Assembly (NCBI GenBank): GCA_964550175.1
Contig: CAZJXP010000001.1
Location: 424,706 to 488,705, forward strand
Direction of reading: 5' to 3'
DNA length: 64,000 nucleotides
DNA from: an uncultured Methanosarcinales archaeon
GTDB taxonomy: Archaea > Nanobdellota > Nanobdellia > Woesearchaeales > ARS49
This document shows positions 1 to 8,402 of this stretch, piece after piece; the first letter of the stretch is position 1, and each line of letters begins with the position of its first letter. The notes beneath the pieces are model-generated. The model saw nothing but the letters and a program-made list of their open reading frames with translations. It was not told the DNA's origin and made no database searches. Both the position numbers and the translations under genes were made by a program.

Positions 1-2
1 TC

Positions 3-1733
3 AAGGGCGAGCAGAAAAAGTTCGCGGAAGAGAAAGGAGCACTTGGATTCGCGATTGATTTAATCAAGTTCGAACCGCGATTCAAGGAAGTGTTTTCCTA
101 TGTCTTTGGTAACACGCTCGTCGTCCAGAACATCGACATCGCACGCAAGATCGGCATCGGCAACATCAAGATGGTCACGGTCGACGGCGACCTGTGCGAA
201 ACCTCGGGCGCGATGATCGGCGGCTTCCGCGCGAAGAAACAAGGCGCCTTCAAGGAACAGGAACTCGGCAGCACCATCGAAAGCGCGCAAAGCGAGCTCG
301 CGACACTGCAAAACCGAGTCTCAAAGCTCCAGACTGAGAAGACCGAAAACGAGGACGCCATCCAGAAACTTCGCGAATTCAAGGCAAACCTCGAGGGCGA
401 AATCATCAAGACGGAAAAGTCATTGCATCTCGAGACGTCGGACATGAACGCAAGCAAGAGCTACAAAGACGAGCTGCAATCCAACCTGAAAGACGTCACG
501 AAAAAGCTCGACAAATTGGCCGACAGCATCTCCGATTCAACCACGGGCTTGACGCAGCTAAAGATCAAGAAACAGCAGTTGCACGACAAGATCGCCGAGC
601 TGCGCAAGCCGACGGTTATTGCCGAGCTGAACGCCTACGAAGAACACAAGAAGAAGCTGTCGGACGAAATCATTCTCTTAACGGCGGACTTGAAGAACGT
701 CGACGCGCAACTCACCGATGTGCTGGCGCGCGACCTCGAAAACACGCAAAAGATCCTCGCAGATTTGGACAAGGAAGCTGAGCAGCACAAGGCAGACAGC
801 AAGCTCACCGACGTCAAGATCAAAGAGAACGAGAAAATACTCAAGCAAAAGGAAAAGATACAGGCGGAATTCCAAAGCAAATTCAAGGATCTGTTCACCA
901 AGCGAAACCGGCTTTCTGATGAAGTGACGGCTTTGGAAAACAAGGCGTTCGTCGTCGAAGAGAACAGCCGAAAAGAAGAACTGCAGTTGAACACGTTCAG
1001 CATCGAAGAAGCCCGCGTGAAAGCCGAACGCTCATCCTTAGTCGCTGAGTTCGAGCAGTACGCCGGAGTCGAATTAGCGCCCGATAAAACTGACGAAATC
1101 CTCCAGAAAGAAGTCAAGGAATGCGAAAAGATGCGCGAAAACATCGGCTCGGTCAACTTGCGTTCGCTTGAGATCTACGACACGGCCGAAAGCGAGTACA
1201 AGGGGCTGTTGCAAAAGAAAGACACCCTCATCACCGAAAAGGACCAAGTCGTCGGGCTGATGAACGAGATTGAGGCGCGCAAGAAAGAGCTGTTCTTACA
1301 GGCGTTAGCGGTCGTGAAACAGAACTTCCAAACCATCTTCTCAGCATTATCAACCAAGGGCGAAGCGGAACTTGAGCTCGAGACTCCGGAGAATCCGTTC
1401 GAAGGCGGGCTCAACATCAAAGTGCGATTGACTGGCAACAAGTTCCTTGATATCCGGTCATTATCGGGCGGCGAAAAGACGATGACTGCTCTTGCGTTCA
1501 TTTTTGCGATCCAAGAACACGCTCCCGCATCATTCTACATTCTGGATGAGGTCGATGCCGCGCTAGACAAGCATAACTCGGAGAAGTTGGCGAAACTCGT
1601 TCGTAAATACTGCGATCGCGCACAGTACATCGTGATTTCTCACAACGACAACGTCATCGGGGAAGCTTCCACGTTGTACGGCGTCTCGATGGGCGACCAC
1701 GGACTGTCGAACGTCGTTAGCTTGAAGATCTAG
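3..1733 (+). CDS. smc: Chromosome segregation ATPase SMC, C-terminal part (5' end lies outside the window)
   Basis: Frame 3 is open from the window edge. Hinge-like segment GNTLVVQNIDIARKIGIGNIKMVTVDGD, then a long heptad-rich coiled coil, then ABC signature LSGGEKTMTALAFIFA and Walker B FYILDEVDAALD. Confidence 0.9.
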   Translation, partial: KGEQKKFAEEKGALGFAIDLIKFEPRFKEVFSYVFGNTLVVQNIDIARKIGIGNIKMVTVDGDLCETSGAMIGGFRAKKQGAFKEQELGSTIESAQSELATLQNRVSKLQTEKTENEDAIQKLREFKANLEGEIIKTEKSLHLETSDMNASKSYKDELQSNLKDVTKKLDKLADSISDSTTGLTQLKIKKQQLHDKIAELRKPTVIAELNAYEEHKKKLSDEIILLTADLKNVDAQLTDVLARDLENTQKILADLDKEAEQHKADSKLTDVKIKENEKILKQKEKIQAEFQSKFKDLFTKRNRLSDEVTALENKAFVVEENSRKEELQLNTFSIEEARVKAERSSLVAEFEQYAGVELAPDKTDEILQKEVKECEKMRENIGSVNLRSLEIYDTAESEYKGLLQKKDTLITEKDQVVGLMNEIEARKKELFLQALAVVKQNFQTIFSALSTKGEAELELETPENPFEGGLNIKVRLTGNKFLDIRSLSGGEKTMTALAFIFAIQEHAPASFYILDEVDAALDKHNSEKLAKLVRKYCDRAQYIVISHNDNVIGEASTLYGVSMGDHGLSNVVSLKI

Positions 1734-1771
1734 TTCGCAACCTTTTTAAGCCCACCGTCGATAAATTACCT

Positions 1772-2371
1772 ATGAAAATACTTGCCGTATCGGACGTCCA
1801 CGCGGACCAGGCGTTCATCAAGCGCCTCGCCGAACAAGCCGTCAAAGAGAACGTCGACCTTGTCGTGTTAGCGGGCGACCTCACGTACGCGGACCAGTCC
1901 GCCGAAGGCATCATCGGCCCGTTCAAGGCAGCGGGCAAAAAAGTGCTGTTCGTGCACGGCAACCACGAACCCGCGGCAACGGCGGATTTTCTAGCTTCGC
2001 TCTACGACTCCGTGCACCTGAACGGCACGGGCATCATCCAAAACGGCATCGGCATTTTCGGCGCCGGAGGCGCAGCTCCGGGACCGTTTCCCACGAGCCG
2101 AGAGGACCAATACGAAATGCTCAACCAGGGGCACGAAAGCGTCAAGTCCGCCGCGAGAAAGGTCATGGTCGTGCACGAGCATCCCGCCGGCAGCATGTTC
2201 GAGAAAAAGTCAGGCTATCCCGGAAGCTGGGCGGTCCGCAAGGCGATCGACAAGTTCCAGCCCGAAATCATGTTCTGCGGACACGTCCACGAATTGGGCG
2301 GCATCGAAGAAATGATCGGCAAAACGCGAGTTATCAATGTTGCAAAAATGCCGAAAATTATAGAATTCTAG
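1772..2371 (+). CDS. Calcineurin-like metallophosphoesterase (MJ0936/YfcE type)
   Basis: 199-aa ORF with ordered phosphoesterase motifs SDVH, GDL, GNHE and GHVH. Confidence 0.8.
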   Translation: MKILAVSDVHADQAFIKRLAEQAVKENVDLVVLAGDLTYADQSAEGIIGPFKAAGKKVLFVHGNHEPAATADFLASLYDSVHLNGTGIIQNGIGIFGAGGAAPGPFPTSREDQYEMLNQGHESVKSAARKVMVVHEHPAGSMFEKKSGYPGSWAVRKAIDKFQPEIMFCGHVHELGGIEEMIGKTRVINVAKMPKIIEF

Positions 2372-2420
2372 TATTGCTTCGGCACAAATGACTCGGCATT
2401 TGGAGCCGCCGCCTACACTT

Positions 2421-2439
2421 GCCGGACGCAAGGTCCGGC
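2421..2439. terminator. Hairpin between convergent genes
   Basis: GCCGGAC-GCAAG-GTCCGGC, a perfect 7-bp stem between gene ends at 2371 (+) and 2449 (-). Confidence 0.4.
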
Positions 2440-2448
2440 AGGAGCAGC

Positions 2449-2925
2449 CTAATACTGTTTAAGCAAATCAGCGATTGACGCGCCGATGCAGCACGGGAAC
2501 GCGAGCGCGATGATGGTGTTCAGCAGATGAGTGTCATTCAGCACCAGATTGTCGACGCCATAAAGATAGATAAGAAAGATAGCGACGATGATTCCCACCG
2601 CCAGATAGGTCGTTATCCGCTTGATCCAAAACTGACCAAAGGTTCTTGCTTTCTTGTTCTTCACGCGCGAATAGCCGATGAATGTGATCTCCGCCGTCAA
2701 AATGATCAGCGTGGCGATAAGGAGGTACCATTTGTGGTTCTCATTGAAATGCTCCGTAACATGCAGCAACAGCCCCTTCAACGAGAATGTCAGCCCGAAA
2801 ATCAGCGCACCAAACGTCGAACCGACGATCGCCTTCAAACTGTAATGCGGCGGGACGCGGTCAATGTGCTCTTCCCGGATGAAACGCACATCACGGGCTA
2901 TGTTTTGAAGAAGATTCCGAACCAT
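2449..2925 (-). CDS. Integral membrane protein, about 4 TM helices (possibly DUF2391-like)
   Basis: 158-aa ORF with four long hydrophobic segments. Shares nt 2925 with the upstream ORF. The family name is recalled from the overall pattern only. Confidence 0.6.
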   Translation of the reverse strand: MVRNLLQNIARDVRFIREEHIDRVPPHYSLKAIVGSTFGALIFGLTFSLKGLLLHVTEHFNENHKWYLLIATLIILTAEITFIGYSRVKNKKARTFGQFWIKRITTYLAVGIIVAIFLIYLYGVDNLVLNDTHLLNTIIALAFPCCIGASIADLLKQY

Positions 2926-3248
2926 CAGTACACTTCAACGGGAGGATTGTCGTCCTCTTTCTTCGGGTTGCCCCAGAGATCGACTGCCCTCGGACTAGCT
3001 TCCTTCGGCGCGTTCAATTCCTGCAGGTTCGTCAACGGGTCCGTCGGAGGCGGAAGTCCCGGAGACGGTGTGTGCGGAACGACCGGATGCGGCGCGGAAT
3101 CGCTGAACATGTCCGCGAACGCGGAAGACGAGTCTGAAACGCTTGACGACGGTGTGTTTGTCGTGTCGCCAACAAGTCGCTGGAGCATCTGAATCATGTG
3201 CTTGATGTGCTCGTGAGAATCCTTTGACGTGTCGATTGAGATTTGCAT
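2925..3248 (-). CDS. Hypothetical protein
   Basis: 107-aa ORF coupled by a 1-nt overlap to the membrane protein gene. Pro/Ser-rich C-terminal half, no recognisable domain. Confidence 0.45.
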   Translation of the reverse strand: MQISIDTSKDSHEHIKHMIQMLQRLVGDTTNTPSSSVSDSSSAFADMFSDSAPHPVVPHTPSPGLPPPTDPLTNLQELNAPKEASPRAVDLWGNPKKEDDNPPVEVY

Positions 3249-3310
3249 GGTGCCTCTTTTTTCATAATTCTGAGCGTCCGCCGTTTATATATCTTGCGAC
3301 GGCACAAAGC

Positions 3311-3317
3311 TTAAAAG
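3311..3317 (+). promoter_or_regulatory. TATA-like box for tRNA-Val
   Basis: TTAAAAG lies 25-31 nt upstream of the tRNA 5' end. Confidence 0.35.
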
Positions 3318-3341
3318 CGAAACCTCGAACACCGACGGTAC

Positions 3342-3413
3342 GAGCCCGTAGTTTAGCGGTATAACGCCTCGTTCACGTCGAGGATGTCGTCGGTTCGAAT
3401 CCGGCCGGGCTCA
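3342..3413 (+). tRNA. tRNA-Val (anticodon CAC)
   Basis: Acceptor GAGCCCG/CGGGCTC plus discriminator A. Anticodon arm CCTCG-TTCACGT-CGAGG. T arm GTCGG-TTCGAAT-CCGGC. No encoded CCA. Confidence 0.9.
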
Positions 3414-4010
3414 TTGCAACGCATATCCCACCGGAAACTCTCTGTCGAGAAGCACTTCCCCCACGTATCTACGGGCAAGTTCCGCGAACTCATCGAAAAT
3501 GCGCGCGACCCATTAGCCTCCATTCTCGACGCATACCATCGGCTTCCGCTGTTCGCCGCCGATTTGAAACTCGGATTCGCCCAGGCGATAAATCACGACG
3601 CGGATTATCGCGCGGACGTTCTCTTGCTCGCGATACACCTGCTCAAAAACGAGAATCCCCAGCAATGGGCTGATGTCAAATGCTCGCGACTCGATGGAAT
3701 CGAGATCAATCCTTCGTTCGTCACGAAAGGAAAGCTCGTGCAATTGCCGGGAGCGTCATCCTGCCTCGAGGTGAAGCTGCAGGAAAAGTTCTACCTCTGT
3801 ACCCGCACGAACCTGCTGAGTCCTGACTGTTATCGAACCGCGGTCACGCAATGGGATGCGCGACCCGTGAAACCGGCCATGAGCCAAGTGTTCCTGCAAA
3901 TCATCGATCCTCATGTCCGGCACGAAGAGCGCGTTGTTTGGACCGAGCGAAGCTCGCAAAAAGACCCCGCAAAATACTTCGCGGAACAAGTTCGATACAC
4001 GCTAAAGTAA
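3414..4010 (+). CDS. Hypothetical protein (start uncertain)
   Basis: The ORF-track ATG at 3384 lies inside the tRNA-Val T arm. An in-frame TTG at 3414 directly follows the tRNA. About 200 aa, no recognisable motif. Confidence 0.4.
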   Translation: MQRISHRKLSVEKHFPHVSTGKFRELIENARDPLASILDAYHRLPLFAADLKLGFAQAINHDADYRADVLLLAIHLLKNENPQQWADVKCSRLDGIEINPSFVTKGKLVQLPGASSCLEVKLQEKFYLCTRTNLLSPDCYRTAVTQWDARPVKPAMSQVFLQIIDPHVRHEERVVWTERSSQKDPAKYFAEQVRYTLK

Positions 4011-4020
4011 TATTTATAAA
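4011..4020 (+). promoter_or_regulatory. TATA box upstream of the tRNA-Pro leader element
   Basis: TATTTATAAA lies 26-35 nt upstream of position 4046. Confidence 0.35.
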
Positions 4021-4045
4021 GGGTATTCTGAGATATAAAAACAGC

Positions 4046-4091
4046 GGGGCTGTGGTCCACGGACGCTGAGACGTCCTAGACCAGCAACCCC
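4046..4091 (+). other. Imperfect 46-nt hairpin carrying a copy of the first 12 nt of tRNA-Pro
   Basis: CGGGGCTGTGGTC at 4045-4057 is identical to 4115-4127. Pairings are GGGG/CCCC, TG/CA, TGGTC/GACCA and GGACG/CGTCC, with loop CTGAGA. Too short for a tRNA and has no T arm. Confidence 0.5.
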
Positions 4092-4115
4092 TCAACAGAA
4101 TGAAATCCAATATTC

Positions 4116-4188
4116 GGGGCTGTGGTCTAACCTGGTATGACTCAGGGTTCGGGACCTTGTAATCCCGGTTCAAATCCGGGCAGCCTCA
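4116..4188 (+). tRNA. tRNA-Pro (anticodon CGG)
   Basis: Acceptor GGGGCTG/CAGCCTC plus A. Anticodon arm CAGGG-TTCGGGA-CCTTG. T arm CCCGG-TTCAAAT-CCGGG. Confidence 0.9.
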
Positions 4189-4189
4189 T

Positions 4190-4834
4190 ATGTGCATCCA
4201 GCCGAAATACCTCGCACCGGCAGCGCTGCAAAAACTGCGCAAACAGTATTCCTCAAACAAGCCTTTTCCCCATATCAGGCTGACGGACTTCTTCACCGCG
4301 AAGGACATCAAACGCGTCGAACAAGAGCTGTTGCAGGAACGCTTTGTCGCGGCGGACGCTGATCTGTTCTCGTTCACGCAATGCAACGACCTGAAGCTCT
4401 CGAAACAGCCCGCGCTGCAGGGCCTGCGAAACTATTTGCGCAGCAAGGAATTCCTTGTCTGGCTGTCCTATGTGACGGGCGAAAACCTGTCGCGCGAGCT
4501 TGATCTCTCGGGATTTATTTACCACGACACCGACCATCTGCTGCCGCACGACGACGAATTAGAAGGGAGAAAAATCGCGTTCGTCATCAACCTATCCACC
4601 CTCACGGCAAAGCAAGGAGGCCAATTGGACCTGTTCAAAGGAAATAACGCCACTAAGTCGTATTCGCCCATCTGGAACTCAGTTGTCTTTTTCACCGTCA
4701 AACCGCAGCACACGATGCACCAGGTGCGAGAAGTCGTTAACGCCAAACGGATTACGTTAGCCGGCTGGTTCCACGGCAGTGCCGTGGTGCCCAAGAACCG
4801 AAGGTTCGCAGTGCACCATGGGAGCAAAAAATGA
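4190..4834 (+). CDS. 2OG-Fe(II) oxygenase, OGFOD1/Tpa1/Ofd1-type prolyl hydroxylase catalytic domain
   Basis: HxD in YHDTDHLLPHDDELEGRKIAFVINLS, GGQLDLF, distal His in HQVREV, and 2OG-binding Arg in RITLAGWFHG. Confidence 0.8.
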   Translation: MCIQPKYLAPAALQKLRKQYSSNKPFPHIRLTDFFTAKDIKRVEQELLQERFVAADADLFSFTQCNDLKLSKQPALQGLRNYLRSKEFLVWLSYVTGENLSRELDLSGFIYHDTDHLLPHDDELEGRKIAFVINLSTLTAKQGGQLDLFKGNNATKSYSPIWNSVVFFTVKPQHTMHQVREVVNAKRITLAGWFHGSAVVPKNRRFAVHHGSKK

Positions 4835-5352
4835 CGCTCCAATTCAACCCGGCCTATCTTGACACGCGAGTGCTTGCGCAACTCAAAACGCAGTTCGCCG
4901 AAAAGCAACATCTCTTGCTCAACCAGTTCGCGAAAATGCCGTTGCCGAAAACGTGGAAACGCAGTTACGTGCCGGATGCGCATTCGTACGAGCAGGCATC
5001 GTTAAAACCGCCGGCCGCACTCATTCAGTACGTCCAGACGGTCACGCAGCAACCGCTCAAACTTGTTCGGTCGGAACTGCAACGCTTCAGCAACCGCGAC
5101 TACACCGTCATCAAGGACGGAAAAGCGGACGATGTCATCGAAGTCATACTCTGCCTCTCCCCCTGGGACGTCGCGTGGGGCGGCAAGATCGTGTACAAGA
5201 CGGACACGAACGCAACCGTCATCAATCCGCAAGAGAACTCATTATCTATCGTCCGCACCGGCGCGAAGAAACGATTCATCCAGTACGTAAACCATTACGC
5301 AAAACACGCACTTGTACTGGCGGTACTGACGTTTCAGAGAAACAAGCGCTGA
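4831..5352 (+). CDS. Ofd1/Tpa1 C-terminal (non-catalytic DSBH-like) domain protein
   Basis: ATGA overlap with the upstream oxygenase. RFSNRDYTVIKDG...IEVILCLSPWDVAWGGKIVY...NSLSIVRTGAKKRFIQYVNHYA matches my recollection of the Ofd1 C-terminal domain and lacks HxD. Confidence 0.6.
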   Translation: MTLQFNPAYLDTRVLAQLKTQFAEKQHLLLNQFAKMPLPKTWKRSYVPDAHSYEQASLKPPAALIQYVQTVTQQPLKLVRSELQRFSNRDYTVIKDGKADDVIEVILCLSPWDVAWGGKIVYKTDTNATVINPQENSLSIVRTGAKKRFIQYVNHYAKHALVLAVLTFQRNKR

Positions 5353-6125
5353 TAGTTCATGAACACGTTGTTCGCAGTCTCTTCGACATCAAACTTTTTC
5401 TTGCTCGCGATGAACTTCACGCTTTCGAGCACGTTCATCGGCTCATTCCGCTCCATCGCGACGTGAGACAGCCACGGACTGTCGGTTTCCGTCAATAACT
5501 GGTTGACATTCATCTCGTCGACAACCATACCAAAGTGCTGCAAGCGAACGCAAACGGGCGGGATGCTCAGCGTGTACCCGAGCTCGTTCGCTTTTCGCAC
5601 CAAGGATTTTTTCCCGCCGAAACAGTGCAACACCACATTCTTGTTCGTGCTGGACTGCAGAAGCTCAAGCGTTTCAGCTTCGGCACCGCGGGTGTGCACG
5701 ATGATAGGCTTCTTGATTTTCTCGGACAATGCCATGATCTTCTTGAAATTCTCGACCTGCTGCTTGCGCAACAAAACGTCCGTCACGTGCTTGAACTCAA
5801 GCCCAACTTCGCCGATCGCGAGAATGTTATTTTTTTGTGACTTCATGAACTCCAACTCTTCGTCGAAGTTCCAAGGATGCGTCGCCGGAACGAGCCCAGT
5901 TTCCGTCTCGAGAAGGCCAATCGCGTCCGTCGGATAGGCGCCTAACGCGACTTTGATTATGTCGTGCTGTTTTGCTAATGCAAGAATTTCCCGATTGTTC
6001 GCGGGATTGACGCCGTTGCAAATAATTGCCTTCACGCCAGCGGCCTTAGCTCGTTCCAACACGGCAGGTAAATCGTGCGCGAACTTCGCGTCAGTGAGAT
6101 GGGCGTGGACGTCAACGAGTAGCAT
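5334..6125 (-). CDS. tatD: TatD-family metal-dependent hydrolase/DNase
   Basis: Start moved to ATG 6125 (MLLVDVHAHL) because the ORF-track start at 6149 overlaps tRNA-Arg. HxH at the N-terminus and TIM-barrel hydrolase pattern along the length. Confidence 0.85.
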   Translation of the reverse strand: MLLVDVHAHLTDAKFAHDLPAVLERAKAAGVKAIICNGVNPANNREILALAKQHDIIKVALGAYPTDAIGLLETETGLVPATHPWNFDEELEFMKSQKNNILAIGEVGLEFKHVTDVLLRKQQVENFKKIMALSEKIKKPIIVHTRGAEAETLELLQSSTNKNVVLHCFGGKKSLVRKANELGYTLSIPPVCVRLQHFGMVVDEMNVNQLLTETDSPWLSHVAMERNEPMNVLESVKFIASKKKFDVEETANNVFMNYQRLFL

Positions 6126-6141
6126 AGTCTTTTTTCCAGTA

Positions 6142-6215
6142 CGCCCCAACCGGGATTTGAACCCGGACTGCAGCCTTCGGAGGGCTAAGTACTATCCAGG
6201 TTATACTATTAGGGC
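6142..6215 (-). tRNA. tRNA-Arg (anticodon CCG)
   Basis: Reverse complement gives acceptor GCCCTAA/TTGGGGC plus G. Anticodon arm TAGCC-CTCCGAA-GGCTG. T arm CCGGG-TTCAAAT-CCCGG. Confidence 0.9.
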
Positions 6216-6240
6216 ACTTAAGAATTCTTCCTTGAACCGC

Positions 6241-6248
6241 TTTAAAAA
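6241..6248 (-). promoter_or_regulatory. TATA-like box for tRNA-Arg(CCG)
   Basis: TTTAAAAA (palindrome-like A/T box) lies 26-33 nt upstream of the tRNA 5' end at 6215. Confidence 0.3.
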
Positions 6249-6253
6249 CTTAG

Positions 6254-7258
6254 CTACTTCTGAAAAACGCTTGCGACCATCAGCGGAAACAGGATCGTGG
6301 CGTCGCCAAAGACCTTCACGTGCTGGGCGTCAACGGAAATCTTGCCCCATGAGACCGCTTCTTCCGGCTCGGCGCCAGAATCGCTTCCATCGTATTCAAC
6401 CGCGGTGTTGACGTAGACGGCGTACTTCGCCCCCTCTCGGAACATGTTCGCGTTGCAGAGCATGTGCTTCACCAAGCCAGCCCCTAAAACAATAATTCCC
6501 GTCTCCTTCGCGTCAATCGCCAAATCATTGAGCTTCGACGCGTCCTCGGAAATTTCGAGCTTGAACTCCGGATGGTTGACGCGGTAAAAATAGATGATGT
6601 CACCGATGCTCCCATCAGTTATTGCGTGAGAAAAAACGGGAATCTGGTGCTTGTGCGCCCAGTAATAGATGCTTTCCGGATTGTTGATTTTCTCGCCGAG
6701 CTTCCAGATGAGCTCGGACGGCGTCAGCAATTGGCCCGTTCTTTTCTGGCGCGCGAGGAACTCGTTCAATATCGGAGTGAGAAAATCCTCAAACGCGCAA
6801 TACCGGTCGTTCGGAACAAAGATGTTGCCGCTACGGTTGATGCCTTTTTCGCGCAACGCGGCGCCTTTCGCGCGGAAATCCCCCAGCAAAAACGGCTTCA
6901 GGCATTTGATTATGTCCTCTTCTATGCCGCCGGCGGTCGAAACAAGCACGTCAACTTCTTTATTTTTTGCAAGATGCAGAATCGATTCACGCACGCCTGA
7001 TGTGACCATGTTGCTCGTATAACCAAGGAACACGCGGCAACCTGTCTTGCGCGCCGCACGCATGCTCTTGATAATCTGAACGGCCTTTGCCAAATGCGTG
7101 GCCTGAAATCCGGTCGTGCCGGCAGCCGAGATGAACGCGTTGATGTCGAACGGCTTCGAAAAGTCAAGCCCTTTGATGACGGCTTCTTGCGACGAGTCTT
7201 TCGACTCCTTGAAGATGGATTGCTTTGCCTTTTTGAGCTTCTCGGGTGAAATTCCCAT
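6254..7258 (-). CDS. dys: Deoxyhypusine synthase
   Basis: 334 aa. Conserved DHS blocks FLGYTSNMVTSGVRE, STAGGIEEDIIKC and GAGLVKH. An archaeal/eukaryal aIF5A-modification enzyme. Confidence 0.9.
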   Translation of the reverse strand: MGISPEKLKKAKQSIFKESKDSSQEAVIKGLDFSKPFDINAFISAAGTTGFQATHLAKAVQIIKSMRAARKTGCRVFLGYTSNMVTSGVRESILHLAKNKEVDVLVSTAGGIEEDIIKCLKPFLLGDFRAKGAALREKGINRSGNIFVPNDRYCAFEDFLTPILNEFLARQKRTGQLLTPSELIWKLGEKINNPESIYYWAHKHQIPVFSHAITDGSIGDIIYFYRVNHPEFKLEISEDASKLNDLAIDAKETGIIVLGAGLVKHMLCNANMFREGAKYAVYVNTAVEYDGSDSGAEPEEAVSWGKISVDAQHVKVFGDATILFPLMVASVFQK

Positions 7259-7313
7259 ACCGTCGAGAAACAGGAACGGCCTTTATAAATATTAGCTTCT
7301 GTAGTATATAGGT

Positions 7314-8279
7314 CTAGAACAGGCGCCGGATTTCAATCGCAAGGAACGCCGCATACAGCCCGAGCAGCAACACTCCGTGCTTCCAGGTCATTGATTTTCG
7401 GTGCACTAACCCAATCACGATAGTCAAGGCTGCGATCAAGAACACGACCGCGTTGATGATTTCGGACGGATTAATCTGAATCGGGTGCAACAACCCAACG
7501 AGCCCGAACAGTAACAAAAATTCAAGCGTGACGCTGCCAAGCACATCGCCGACCCCGACCTCCTGATGGCCGCGCAGCATGCTTCGCAACCCAACGGCAA
7601 AATCAGGCAATGCCCCGGCGAACGCGATGACCGTCAATGAAATGAAATATGCTGGAATGTTCGCGATGCCCGCAATATTCACCGCGCTGAACACCAGCCA
7701 ACGTCCGGCAATCAGGATGGCGACGAGACTGAGCATGAAAATGACGGCATCCTTGGCGATCGTCTTGACTAGCACGTACTTCTTCAACGCGTTCGATTTA
7801 CTCTCACGATGCCACAGGAACCCCAAGTAAATCATGTACAGACTGATGAGAATAATGCCATCCACTTGCCCGAGCTCGCCGTCCCACAGCATCAACGCGA
7901 ACGGAACTAACAGCATAAGTCCGAGCATCAGCACGCTCTTGCCGAGCAACGGGCAGTCCAGCTTCACTTTCTTGCCGACGATCGCAAGCACACCGAGCAC
8001 GAGCGTCAAGTGCACCAAGTTCGTGCCGAGAATCGTGCCGAACAAAATCTCATCCCGGCCGATCATTAAGCCCGTTATCGAAGCAATGATTTCGGGCATG
8101 CTCGCGGCGAGCGCAACGACAATGAACCCAGCAAGCACATCGGACAGGCCGAGCTTGCGGGCGTACCTCGCGATGCCGTACACGACCAAATCAGCCCCTT
8201 TAAAAACGAGCGTTATGCTGATGAGCAACACGAACACGTTGAACAGCAGTGGATCAAGCATGAAGGAATTCTCGTGCAT
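7314..8279 (-). CDS. Na+/Ca2+ exchanger family (CaCA/YrbG-like) membrane protein
   Basis: About 10 TM segments with two alpha-repeat-like motifs (AASMPEIIASI and GALPDFAVGL). Confidence 0.75.
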   Translation of the reverse strand: MHENSFMLDPLLFNVFVLLISITLVFKGADLVVYGIARYARKLGLSDVLAGFIVVALAASMPEIIASITGLMIGRDEILFGTILGTNLVHLTLVLGVLAIVGKKVKLDCPLLGKSVLMLGLMLLVPFALMLWDGELGQVDGIILISLYMIYLGFLWHRESKSNALKKYVLVKTIAKDAVIFMLSLVAILIAGRWLVFSAVNIAGIANIPAYFISLTVIAFAGALPDFAVGLRSMLRGHQEVGVGDVLGSVTLEFLLLFGLVGLLHPIQINPSEIINAVVFLIAALTIVIGLVHRKSMTWKHGVLLLGLYAAFLAIEIRRLF

Positions 8280-8320
8280 AAGCTTTTAATCCTTGATGAC
8301 TACCCTTGAGTGCGTAAACA

Positions 8321-8360
8321 TTTTAAATATCGACATCCAAGGAGCGAATACTTTAAATAT
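8321..8360. promoter_or_regulatory. Divergent promoter region with two TTTAAATAT boxes
   Basis: TTTTAAATAT (8321-8330) and CTTTAAATAT (8351-8360) lie between divergent genes starting at 8279 (-) and 8403 (+). GGTGA sits 7 nt before the ATG at 8403. Confidence 0.3.
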
Positions 8361-8402
8361 GGATAGGGGCGCGCAATAGACACGAATACTAAAGGTGACA
8401 AC

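Noticed and set aside
4046-4115. C/D-box sRNA hidden in the tRNA-Pro (and tRNA-Thr) leader
   Set aside because: CTGA (D-box-like) is present at 4066-4069. There is no RUGAUGA C box, no C'/D' pair and no terminal stem in either leader.
4953-5498. 181-aa + strand ORF overlapping the Ofd1-CTD-like gene and the tatD 3' end
   Set aside because: It is extremely Arg/His/Gly-rich and out of frame with a gene that has recognisable similarity. A shadow ORF.
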